From positions 10,192 through 74,191 of the forward strand of contig CAZXBP010000001.1 of assembly GCA_964639015.1 (NCBI GenBank): a DNA stretch of 64,000 nt, written 5' to 3'. Under the pieces are notes generated by a model. It searched no databases, was not told the origin of the DNA, and saw only the letters and a program-made list of their open reading frames with translations. Position 1 is the stretch's first letter. The number at the start of each line of letters is the position of its first letter. Below, in pieces: positions 38,260 through 47,552 of this stretch. Both the position numbers and the translations under genes were made by a program. The stretch is from an uncultured Nitrosomonas sp. Its GTDB lineage: Bacteria; Pseudomonadota; Gammaproteobacteria; Burkholderiales; Nitrosomonadaceae.

Positions 38260-38451
38260 TTATGCATTCATTTTGGATAGGCAAATATATGCTATGCGTT
38301 GACACTTACTGAGTAATTTAGCACCATTAGCAATTGTTATTCTGCCTTCAACAATTTTAGCAATTATTTCAACGGTGAGTTGAGCTTTAGAATCCATCAC
38401 AATCATCCTCAACATGCCTCCAGTATTCAAAAAAAGAACACTAACAAACAT
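38260..38451 (-). pseudogene. truncated N-terminal HTH fragment of a transposase (ISNCY/IS481-like pattern)
   Basis: MDSKAQLTVEIIAKIVEGRITIANGAKLLSK resembles the leader HTH of such transposases. No catalytic domain follows. Confidence 0.3.
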
Positions 38452-38475
38452 GTAAAAAAGAGACCGACAGTTTCC

Positions 38476-38542
38476 CTTGGTAATTAGCGATTACGACAGA
38501 ATCGCTTGGTAATTAAGATACGAAAAAGTCGCTTGGTGTTAA
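38476..38542. repeat. three direct repeats CTTGGT(A/G)(A/T)TTA spaced 27-29 bp apart
   Basis: At 38476, 38505 and 38532. They lie upstream of the transposase fragment and may be subterminal binding sites of a decayed element. Confidence 0.4.
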
Positions 38543-38647
38543 CAGCTATGTGTTTTCTATGTAAAGAAGTGATCGGACATCATGAAGTATTTTAGTTTAG
38601 ACTTGATCTGACACTTGACTTGCAAGAACGAGAGTTACTAGTTCTGA

Positions 38648-39930
38648 TCACTGCTGTCCCGCTAACTGACAAATGAGGAGGCCCGATTCGGCCAAAATTG
38701 TTACAATAGGATTTACGATAACTTATTGAATAAGATTGGAGAATCAGGCCGTGGCACATTGTAATACAATCCTCTCCCAAATTCTAAAATTTGTTTCGAG
38801 ACATGAATTTGAGTCTTTGGCAAACCACCATCATGCGGGGCGATCTTTTCGTACCGCTACCCGTTGGTCCCAGTTTGTAGTCATGGTGATGGCACAGTTA
38901 TCTGTGCCGTATCAGTTTGCGTGATATCGTAGGGAACGTGAATGCGCAGGCACACCGTCTGTATCATCTTGGCAGCGCAAAGCTAACACGCTCGAACCTT
39001 GCGCGCATGAATGAAAACAAGCCCTATAGCTTGCATGAAGCGTTGTTTGGAAAGTTGTTGCGCCATTGTCAACATCTGACGCCTGGCCACAAGTTCTGTT
39101 TCAAGAACGCCCTTTACTCGTTGGATGCCTCTACGATTGATCTGTGCCTGTCTGCTTTTCCTTGGACTGATTTTCGAACTACGAAAGGGGCTATCAAATT
39201 GCATGTCGGCCTCAATCACAGCGGTTATTTGCCTGAATTTGCCGTAAACACGGATGGAAAAGCAACTGATATTGAAGTTGGACGCACACTGGCATTTCCA
39301 ACTGGCAGTATCATGGCAATGGATAGAGGCTACATGGATTACGCTTGGTTTAACCAGTTGACAAACAAAGGCATATATTTTGTTACCCGCCTTAAATCAA
39401 ATGCCTGCTATAAAGTGATTGAGTACCAAGCTGTACAGAAAAACAAAGGAATAATCAGCGATCAGACGATAATGTTTACCGCTAATAATGCCGTGAAAAA
39501 ATGTCCGATTCCATTACGCCGCATCGTCTATCGAGATATCGATACCGGCAAGCAATATATTTTTCTGACGAATCATTTCAAACTGGCGGCCAAAACCATT
39601 GCCGATGTCTATAAGGCGAGCTGGCAGGTGGAGCTTTTCTTCAAATGGATCAAACAGAACCTTAAAATCAAATCGTTTGTAGGAACCAGCAAAAATGCAG
39701 TTATGACTCAAATCTGGATCGCATTATGTGTCTATTTACTGATCGCGTTTATCAAATTTCAGTCAAAAATTCATATCAGTATGCAACAAATACTACGATT
39801 ATTGCAGCTCAATCTTTTTGAAAAGCGCGATCTCATGGCACTGCTGCGAGGCGACCTTCCTATTGATCGTTACCCACTAGATAATCAACCAACATTGTTT
39901 TGAAAGCAAAAGTTAACGGGACAGCAGTGA
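38648..39930 (+). mobile_element. IS4-family insertion sequence (~1.28 kb) with 19-bp terminal inverted repeats
   Basis: IRL is TCACTGCTGTCCCGCTAAC (38648-38666). IRR is the reverse complement with one mismatch (39912-39930). Flanking GTTCTGA / GTTCCGA may be an imperfect target duplication. Confidence 0.8.
38736..39903 (+). pseudogene. IS4-family DDE transposase split by a frameshift near 38901-38907
   Basis: Track ORFs 38736-38924 and 38917-39903 join as ...MAQLS|(C)RISLRDIVGNVNAQAHRLYHLG. DDE region: MAMDRGYMDY and YKASWQVELFFKWIKQ. Confidence 0.75.
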
Positions 39931-40043
39931 GTTCCGATAGAATCGCACACTCTTATTAAAATCTATGACTACTTCTCGCCCAATCTGCGGAACAGTGTAG
40001 TGTGAGTGTTATCGATCTCTACCATAATAAGGTATTTCTCAGA

Positions 40044-41021
40044 ATGAAAAACGTAAGAGCCTCACTTGAAGAGCACCAAGTTTTGATTTATTTCCTGGCC
40101 ATTGCGAGTGGCGCACTACTAGGTATAATAGTTTCCGGCTCGGCATCTATCGAAACAGCAATCAATCCCGCTTTGGCCGTGATGCTATTTGCGACCTTCC
40201 TGCAAACACCGCTCGCTGAGATTGGAGTCGCGTTGCGCAACGTGCGGTTCATTGGAGCGCTAGTCGTGACCAATTTCGTCGCCATACCTGTGGTTGTTGC
40301 CGGATTGGTGCAATTACTTCCAAACGATCCAATGCTTCACTTAGCGGTTCTGTTCGTCCTTCTAACACCTTGCATCGACTACGTGATCACATTTACTCAT
40401 CTCGGTCGAGGGAACGCACGCCTACTTTTGGCGATGACGCCGATTCTCCTTGTATTTCAGATATTATTGTTGCCCGTCTACCTGCAATTGATATTGAGTG
40501 GTGATGTATCGCAACTCGTCGACCCCGACCCTTTCCTTCATGCCTTCTGTTGGTTGATCGTCGCACCACTGATTCTGGCTGGAGTGATTCAAACATTCTT
40601 TCGACCACGGCATGCGCTCTGCTATTATGTCAACATCCTCCCGGTTCCTGCAACCGCACTTGTGCTCTTTGTTGTCCTGGCTTCTGTTACGCCACAGATC
40701 GGATTAGCACAAAGCTCCGCTTTGCGCGCTGTACCAATCTATCTGTCTTTTGCCATCGTAGCTCCTGTGATGGGGTATTTGATTGCGCGTGGATTTCGGC
40801 TTGAGTCGACGTCCGTGTGTGCCGTGTCATTTTCCTCTTCGTATCGGAACTCTCTCGTCATCTTGCCACTTGCCTTCGCTATACCTGGCGGCGTACCGAT
40901 ACTTCCAGCGGTCATCTTGATGCAAACGATCATCGAGCTTTGTTTTCTGCCTATATACGTTCGATGGATTCCGCGGATGGCTCTGGTTCAGACAGGTGGC
41001 TCGACAGGCATAGGTAACTAA
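40044..41021 (+). CDS. ACR3/BASS-superfamily permease (putative arsenical-resistance-type or bile-acid:Na+ symporter-like transporter)
   Basis: About 10 TM segments; FATFLQTPL, VVTNFVAIPVV and LLTPCIDYV patterns. Confidence 0.55.
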   Translation: MKNVRASLEEHQVLIYFLAIASGALLGIIVSGSASIETAINPALAVMLFATFLQTPLAEIGVALRNVRFIGALVVTNFVAIPVVVAGLVQLLPNDPMLHLAVLFVLLTPCIDYVITFTHLGRGNARLLLAMTPILLVFQILLLPVYLQLILSGDVSQLVDPDPFLHAFCWLIVAPLILAGVIQTFFRPRHALCYYVNILPVPATALVLFVVLASVTPQIGLAQSSALRAVPIYLSFAIVAPVMGYLIARGFRLESTSVCAVSFSSSYRNSLVILPLAFAIPGGVPILPAVILMQTIIELCFLPIYVRWIPRMALVQTGGSTGIGN

Positions 41022-41416
41022 GAATGAAACTCCGTCATCTGCACTATTTTCAGGCAATTTAGAGGAGTTTTACTTGATTTTCCAACCTGAAATTGCAGGT
41101 TTCTGGTAATGCGCGAATAACCACTGCATTGTTGGCTCGCATTACACATCAACATGATATCTTGAAAACTGGTAAAGATTCCTACCGTTTTAAATATCGG
41201 AAATAATGTATAAAAAACCAATTAAATCAGATGGGCAGTTTTTAATGCTAATTTACAGATGTAAATCGCTCATCCTTACGGAATGCGACGGTGTTCCCCG
41301 AGGAGTGATTATGCAGTAGCCATCGGCCTGTATTCTTTTAAATCGGGTATTATTAACCCAATCGCCCAGATGATAATCTGCACTGTTAATTTTTTCCAGA
41401 TACACCTTCCTGGCAA

Positions 41417-41773
41417 TCATGAACTGATGGCCGTGTGGTGGATGATGCGGTTTCTGCGTGTATAAAATATGCGTAGTGTTTCAAAGCGCGGATCGCGAAG
41501 AATCTGCGCCATTACGGCAAGTTCATGGGCGGATTTGATTTGCCGGTTTAAGAGCGTGATTCCACCTTGTTCTTTGAAGTCTTTCGGGAAATTACAACCC
41601 AGTATCGCGCCACCTGCCCATCGAGCTTGAGATTCGAGCAGTTCGATATAGGCATTTTTGCCAGTTTCTTTTTGTGCTTCGCTGGTATCGGGACGAGTTT
41701 CAATGTTGTCATAGGGATCACCTGTATTGGATCTGGTTTGATTTACCGGAATAGCTTGTTGATTGGCACGCAT
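41417..41773 (-). CDS. hypothetical protein, possibly truncated
   Basis: An ORF downstream of traC. The RFETLRIFYT...IIHHTAISS segment is vaguely RadC-like, but no JAMM motif was found. Confidence 0.35.
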   Translation of the reverse strand: MRANQQAIPVNQTRSNTGDPYDNIETRPDTSEAQKETGKNAYIELLESQARWAGGAILGCNFPKDFKEQGGITLLNRQIKSAHELAVMAQILRDPRFETLRIFYTRRNRIIHHTAISS

Positions 41774-41793
41774 GATTAATCCTCCTGTCAGTA

Positions 41794-44700
41794 TTAAACC
41801 AAGGCCCGTTTCTGGGTTTTTGCTTTTGTTTCGGTTTGTTGCTGGTTTTGGGTTTTTACATGCTGAAGCTGAGACTGGTGTTTTTGAATCGTATGTTTCG
41901 GAATCGCTTTCTCAATTCCAGCATCTACCTGTCGTTTGACGGCTTCTACTCCCAGTGTGCTCTTGTTGGCCAGATCGTTAAAATCACTGAGTTTCTGCGA
42001 TGATTGCTCATTGAGTGCGAAGACCGGAAACACGGCAACGCCGTTGACTGATTGTGCAGCTTCCAGCGCTTTTTCCCGCCCGATGTTTTTACCGTTGAGT
42101 GCCACCAGGTGCTGATCGTCATCACCGGCAATAACAATGGGTTTGTTGGGATACTTGTCGCGCAACAGTTTTGCAACCGATATGAGATTGCCTGAATCGA
42201 ATGCTGCCACAACCGGACAATTCATGGCCTGTGATACGGTATCGGCAGTAGAGTAACCTTCAGCTATGATGATGGCTTTGGCGTTATTCAGCGCTTTTAA
42301 TACTGCCGATCCTTCGCTATTACAACCCACCACGTGGAAGTGACCTTCTTTTTGACTACCTGCAACAAAGAGCTTAGTGCCGTTCGGTTGTATCGTCTGC
42401 GCGCTCCAGATATTTCCATTTACATCATAAATCGGCAGCAGCAGATCACCGGCGACAAAAACGAGACTGTCGGGATGTTCATCACGTACCGTTTTGACTT
42501 CCTGACGTTTCTGACAGATTCTGATCATGGAATCTTGCGGCAGACCATCCGTAATCTGCGGTACGACTTTTAATCCGTTCGGCCTTGCGTTTTTATCCTG
42601 CAGATAAGGATGATCGGCATTGGCAGACGGAGCAATGGCCAATAATTCTTTGATCGCCTGTGCAACTTTTGCATGTTGTGCATGCTGTTCGGCTTTACGT
42701 TCCTGCTGTTTGATCGCCACCTGCGCGGCAAAGGCCGCCTTTTGTGCTTCGGTTAATGAATAACCTTTCGCTTTCCAACGTATCTCAGCCTTGGTGCGGT
42801 GATTATTAAAATATCCAGCTGGATGGCCATCCATATGCACCACATAAAACCCGGATTTTTCACCGGGTCGGTCGCCTTCAATCTTGATGCGGTGTGACAG
42901 TCCATCCATAACCGGATGATTGTCATCCACAATACAGCCGTTATCACGAAGCACAGTGGCAAATTCAGTTTGTGCATCAATGGCAGGGTTTTGCTGCACT
43001 GGGACATTTTCTGGCAGCCAGCGCTGCAATGCACGGATATCGGCTTTGTCTCCCACATACCACGCTTTGGCTACCTTATCCCAACGCGCACCGGCTACTT
43101 TGGCTTGGTCTTTTTCGCTATACGGTACGGCCAGGTATTGGCGTGATGGATTTTCACTTTCTTTAGAAGTATGTTGGTTTTGATTTTTTTTAATCGACTC
43201 GTCCGTATTTTGTTGAACGGTATTGGTTTGATCGGTTTCCATTGCCTGCCTCCTTTTGTCAAAGTCTGCATTGTTTTGCATGGCCAGTGCTTCAACGTGT
43301 TTGCGCTGTTCTTTGACAGCGTCAATTTCTTCCTCTGTGCTGTGCGGGCTGTTACGAACACGCAATTCATCAATGCGAGCGAGTTTTACAGCCTTTTCAT
43401 ATTCGTTGCGCTCGGCCATGGCATCGATCAGTGCGAGCTTCTCCGCTGTATCGATAGCCTGTTGTTCCACATCGAAATCCGCCATCCAGGCCCAAGTCTG
43501 GTCATTACGCTGTGCATAAACACCCCAGAATTCGGGATCGATACCCAATTCTTTTGCAGGTATCACATGATTAGCACCAGCACCATTATCGTTCTCATTC
43601 GTTTGCAAAACATTGCCTTGAATCTGCACACGCCCGTTCCAGTCGGCGGGAATGGTGAATCCCAATTTGTCTTGTGACGTTTCCTCAAACTCAAGATTGT
43701 CAATGCTTAAGTTTCTGCAGAATTTGAGTGCATCGGCAACCAGATACAGGGCATTTTGTTGTTGTGCTGGCAGGTGCTCGATGAGCTTTTGCAGTTGCCG
43801 GTTGTTGTGCTGTGCCACTGTTGCCAGATCGGGTGTGAGATTGGCGGTATACGTTGCAATGTTTTGTCTGATCTCATCCATTTTAATAGCCTCCTGTTCA
43901 ACCAATTCCTGCTGTCTTGCAAATGCCAGTACATAGTCCTGAATTTTTTCTGCATCGGCTGCAGCACGGAATATTTCGGTGGGATTTTCTTCCAAAGCTT
44001 TAATCCATGATGCGACATACGCTGCATGCTGACCGGGATCGTGACCTAACCCAAGTTCGTGGCCGAGTAACATACTCGCAATCTCGGCTCGCAGTTCTTC
44101 GCGTGCATAGCCTTCACTGCCAAAGGGATGCGCCAGATCACGATTTAAACGTGACTCATGTCCCGTCCAGTGGCCGAGTTCATGCAGTGCTGTAGCGTAA
44201 TAACGATCAGGTGTTTCAAACTGGTGTTTGTGCGGCAGATGAATCCGGTCGGTTACTGGCCGGTAAAAGGCCCTGTCAAATTCGCCGTGTTCAATTGCGG
44301 CAAGGGAAGCTTGTAATATCTGCTCTGCAAGCTCAATCGGGTTCCAGGCTGGTGGTTCGATGATCAGTTCCGGCAGGTTGTCAATTTGCTCGGCATTGAA
44401 TACCGAGGCATAAAATACACGAGGACGTTCAAGCTTGACGGTTTCCTTGACGGGCTTGCCTTCACTGTTAAGTATCGGTTTGCCGTTATTGTCTTTTTTG
44501 ATACGCTCATCGGTAAACTTCCAGTATTGAATCCAGGTGCTTTTCTCACCTTTGCGTACCTGCGCACCTAAATTGGCAGCTTGCTTGTACGTTAACCAGC
44601 GTGGATCGGCATAATCCTGGCTCATCAGATACAAGGCATTAATGCCCCGGTAGCGTTTCTTTGTGGTTGGATTATGCGGAAACGATAATAGTGGATCGCC

Positions 44701-44799
44701 CGGCTGCCATGGTTTTTGCCATGGGGCCGTGCCTTGTTTCAATTGCGCGATCAGACTCTCGGCAACCTGTTCATGGTAGGCTTTTCTGGAATTGTCCAT
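41794..44799 (-). CDS. traC: TraC-like fusion: ArdC-type N-terminal ssDNA-binding domain plus zincin HExxH domain, a long linker, and a C-terminal Toprim primase-like domain
   Basis: LKQGTAPWQKPW...YRGINALYL (ArdC-N). ALHELGHWTGH, with HELGH at nt 44170-44184. Near the C-terminus, IIIAEGYSTADT...PIVIAGDDD (Toprim). The start MDNSRK at 44799 follows GGAGGG. Confidence 0.85.
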   Translation of the reverse strand: MDNSRKAYHEQVAESLIAQLKQGTAPWQKPWQPGDPLLSFPHNPTTKKRYRGINALYLMSQDYADPRWLTYKQAANLGAQVRKGEKSTWIQYWKFTDERIKKDNNGKPILNSEGKPVKETVKLERPRVFYASVFNAEQIDNLPELIIEPPAWNPIELAEQILQASLAAIEHGEFDRAFYRPVTDRIHLPHKHQFETPDRYYATALHELGHWTGHESRLNRDLAHPFGSEGYAREELRAEIASMLLGHELGLGHDPGQHAAYVASWIKALEENPTEIFRAAADAEKIQDYVLAFARQQELVEQEAIKMDEIRQNIATYTANLTPDLATVAQHNNRQLQKLIEHLPAQQQNALYLVADALKFCRNLSIDNLEFEETSQDKLGFTIPADWNGRVQIQGNVLQTNENDNGAGANHVIPAKELGIDPEFWGVYAQRNDQTWAWMADFDVEQQAIDTAEKLALIDAMAERNEYEKAVKLARIDELRVRNSPHSTEEEIDAVKEQRKHVEALAMQNNADFDKRRQAMETDQTNTVQQNTDESIKKNQNQHTSKESENPSRQYLAVPYSEKDQAKVAGARWDKVAKAWYVGDKADIRALQRWLPENVPVQQNPAIDAQTEFATVLRDNGCIVDDNHPVMDGLSHRIKIEGDRPGEKSGFYVVHMDGHPAGYFNNHRTKAEIRWKAKGYSLTEAQKAAFAAQVAIKQQERKAEQHAQHAKVAQAIKELLAIAPSANADHPYLQDKNARPNGLKVVPQITDGLPQDSMIRICQKRQEVKTVRDEHPDSLVFVAGDLLLPIYDVNGNIWSAQTIQPNGTKLFVAGSQKEGHFHVVGCNSEGSAVLKALNNAKAIIIAEGYSTADTVSQAMNCPVVAAFDSGNLISVAKLLRDKYPNKPIVIAGDDDQHLVALNGKNIGREKALEAAQSVNGVAVFPVFALNEQSSQKLSDFNDLANKSTLGVEAVKRQVDAGIEKAIPKHTIQKHQSQLQHVKTQNQQQTETKAKTQKRALV

Positions 44800-44800
44800 G

Positions 44801-45097
44801 TCATTGCCCTCCATCGTTTGATTCTGGTTGATCGATACTGCTATCCAGTGCATCGGTTTCACTCAATGCGTCTTCTTTGAATGCGCCAAGCAGTTCCGCT
44901 TCATCGGGATCGAACTCAGCCTGAAACCCCGGTGTCTGAGCATCAACCAGTTTTTGCGCCATTACCTGACGTCGCACCTCCCGGTCATTTAGGCTGGTTT
45001 CGGCGGTATCAGCAATATCTGAATTAGCCGCAGTAGCCGCAACAACTGGAATTTCCAGCGTGTCAGATTTTGTATCATCATCTGCAGGATTATTCAT
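44801..45097 (-). CDS. acidic hypothetical protein (in the traD/traE position)
   Basis: An ORF coupled between traF and traC. Confidence 0.45.
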   Translation of the reverse strand: MNNPADDDTKSDTLEIPVVAATAANSDIADTAETSLNDREVRRQVMAQKLVDAQTPGFQAEFDPDEAELLGAFKEDALSETDALDSSIDQPESNDGGQ

Positions 45098-45657
45098 GGT
45101 AATAACTCCTCTTGAAGATTGAAGGTAATAATGGGGTGCACTACATGCACAATCTGTGCACGGTCGATGACGCCAAAGTAGCGTGCATCAAATGAATGAG
45201 GGTTCAGATCGGATAACAGCAGGTATTCGGATTCACCGAGTACTGCATTAAGCCGGTATTGCGGCAATACGGCGCCATAGGCATCGGTGGATAACGGTGC
45301 GCTGTTTGGTAACCATAAACCATTAACCGTAATTCCGGTTTCATCAATCAAAACCGTATCACCGGCAACAGCATGCACGCGTTTGAGCAGTTTTCCGTAA
45401 CCGCCAGGACAATCACCTTGATTGATATAGCCTCTGGTTGCAGCACAATCAAACACATCGCTTTGCGGCGGACAGAATGCAACGTGTGCGCCTTTTGAAA
45501 CCGGTTCATCTACAATTCGGTACAAACCCACCGGCAGGCTCGATGTGGTGTTGATATAAAATCCGCCAATACGAAATAAGATACTCAGCACAAACAGACC
45601 GATACTGAGCGCCAGAACAAGAACAGTAATAATTCTGAGCGGCGTTTTCATGATCAC
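45094..45657 (-). CDS. traF: TraF conjugative signal-peptidase-like protein (S26 family)
   Basis: An N-terminal TM segment, [11 protein letters not shown] and [15 protein letters not shown]. Confidence 0.8.
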   Translation of the reverse strand: MIMKTPLRIITVLVLALSIGLFVLSILFRIGGFYINTTSSLPVGLYRIVDEPVSKGAHVAFCPPQSDVFDCAATRGYINQGDCPGGYGKLLKRVHAVAGDTVLIDETGITVNGLWLPNSAPLSTDAYGAVLPQYRLNAVLGESEYLLLSDLNPHSFDARYFGVIDRAQIVHVVHPIITFNLQEELLP

Positions 45658-47552
45658 AATCTTGAACTGTTAGTACTAGTGCCGGTACCAGTACCAGCAG
45701 TGCCAGAATCAACACCATCATAAGAACCGGTCAGTCGGTCGCTTGATAAAGGCGGATCAACTTTAGCGCGCGCAGCAAATGTTTCATCCTGGAAGTACAG
45801 AGGCTGTACGCCATAAATGGCAGGGTATCCGGCAACATAGATAATCATGTCACCCGGTTTGGTAATTCTGCCGCTTGCATCTTTGGTCGCACCCGGCAGG
45901 CGCATGCATTCATCCGGTGTAAGCAATGCGCGCTGTGTTTCCTGTAGCGTACGTGTGACATGACCATGCATCATCGAGGAACGGCGGCCACTTGTGGTGA
46001 TTTGCTCCTTGATCACCGTGGTTTGGCCGGTGAGTTTGGATAAGTGTTCCGCAGTTTCAATACGGTTGGGTGCAAATGCGGTCTGGATATGACAGTTGGA
46101 TGTAATCGCTTCATCATGACCGTATCCAGATTCACGGCTTTTAAGCTGATTGATATCCTGACAAATCAGATACGCTTTGATACCGTAACCTGCGATAAAC
46201 GCGAGAGACTCCTGGAATATTTCCAATTTACCCAGACTTGGAAATTCATCGAGCATCAATAATAACCGGTGCTTGTAATGTGTCACCGGCTCGCCATGTT
46301 GAAACGCCATCTGACTGGCCAGTTTCCTAACAATCATATTGATCAGGATGCGGATTAGCGGGCGCAGGCGTGATTTGTCGTTCGGGTGTGAAACAATATA
46401 AAGACTGACAGGATTATTCTGGTGCATTAAATCGCGGATACAGAAATCCGAATCACTGATATTGTTTGCCACAATTGGATCGCGATACAAAGCCAGATAC
46501 GATTTCGCAGTCGATAACACACTGCCTGCTTCTTCCTCGGGCCGATCCAGCATGTCCTTGGCACTGGCAGCGACAACCGGATGTGTATTACCATTTTCCG
46601 GCATGATCATTTCCATCCAGAGTTCGCGGATATCGCGATCAGGATCGGACAGCAATGCATCGACAGCCGGTAGTGTTGCCGGTGTGTCGTCACGTTCCGA
46701 TTGATACAGCACATGCAGAATCAATCCGACTAACAGGGCATGCGCAGTCTTTTGCCAATGGGTCTCCAATCCCTTGCCGTCAGGATCGACGATCAGGTTC
46801 ACGAGATTTTGTACATCAGCCACTTCCGTGCCGCTGCCGATGATAATTTCATCAAGCGGATTCCAATGACAGCTAGAAACAGATACTGGGTCGAAGCGCA
46901 ATACGCTGTTATTCGCATAGTGCTTGCGCCACCCGGCAGTAAGCGCCCAAAGTTCGCCTTTGAGGTCTGTAATGACAGTGCTTTGCGTCCACGACAACAA
47001 AGTTGGAATGACGAGACTTACACCTTTGCCCGAACGCGTCGGTGCAAAACACAACACATGTTCAGGGCCGCTGTGTTTGAGATAATGTATTTTGTCGGAC
47101 TTGTCACGCCAGGCGCCGACATAAACCGCTTCACCGCCTTTGTTCTTTTTGAAAGACAACAACCCGGCTGCTTCGATATCCTTTTTATCCGCCCATCGCG
47201 CTGAACCATACAGATTACGATTCGCACGACTGGAATTGACGAGCATCATCTTGACGATCAGCACCAGAATCAAGCCGATACTGGAAAACAAAATACCGTA
47301 ACCGGCAGCCAGATCGAAGATACCCGGATGTTTATCGTACCACTGTGTACTCCAGACCAGAATCGACCAGGGTGCATAGAGTTGATTAAAATGCGCCCCG
47401 AGCTGATCCTGATAATTGAACTGGTGCGCAAAATACTGTGTTGCAACCTGAAAGCCGCCAATCAGAAATACGATTGCGAGTAAGCGGATGATCAACGTAT
47501 CTTTCTTTGCGTTTCTGTTTTCCTGGAAACCGGGATTGAATTTGTTCATCAC
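45654..47552 (-). CDS. traG: type IV coupling protein TraG/VirD4
   Basis: FAPTRSGKGV (Walker A), LLLMLDEFPSLG (Walker B) and two N-terminal TM segments. Confidence 0.9.
   Translation of the reverse strand: MMNKFNPGFQENRNAKKDTLIIRLLAIVFLIGGFQVATQYFAHQFNYQDQLGAHFNQLYAPWSILVWSTQWYDKHPGIFDLAAGYGILFSSIGLILVLIVKMMLVNSSRANRNLYGSARWADKKDIEAAGLLSFKKNKGGEAVYVGAWRDKSDKIHYLKHSGPEHVLCFAPTRSGKGVSLVIPTLLSWTQSTVITDLKGELWALTAGWRKHYANNSVLRFDPVSVSSCHWNPLDEIIIGSGTEVADVQNLVNLIVDPDGKGLETHWQKTAHALLVGLILHVLYQSERDDTPATLPAVDALLSDPDRDIRELWMEMIMPENGNTHPVVAASAKDMLDRPEEEAGSVLSTAKSYLALYRDPIVANNISDSDFCIRDLMHQNNPVSLYIVSHPNDKSRLRPLIRILINMIVRKLASQMAFQHGEPVTHYKHRLLLMLDEFPSLGKLEIFQESLAFIAGYGIKAYLICQDINQLKSRESGYGHDEAITSNCHIQTAFAPNRIETAEHLSKLTGQTTVIKEQITTSGRRSSMMHGHVTRTLQETQRALLTPDECMRLPGATKDASGRITKPGDMIIYVAGYPAIYGVQPLYFQDETFAARAKVDPPLSSDRLTGSYDGVDSGTAGTGTGTSTNSSRL

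Noticed and set aside
38901-38920. Programmed -1/+1 frameshifting in the IS transposase.
   Set aside because: There is no slippery heptamer, and the IS4 family encodes a single ORF. A mutation or sequencing error is more parsimonious.
41024-41062. The mini-ORF MKLRHLHYFQAI*, which looks like the first 12 codons of a LysR-type regulator.
   Set aside because: It is too short to annotate. It is probably a deletion scar marking a cargo rearrangement boundary after the ACR3-like gene.
41220-41420. A frameshifted continuation of ORF 41417-41773 into a RadC/JAB domain.
   Set aside because: I translated the other frames and found no HNHPSG/JAMM motif, so the RadC idea is unsupported.
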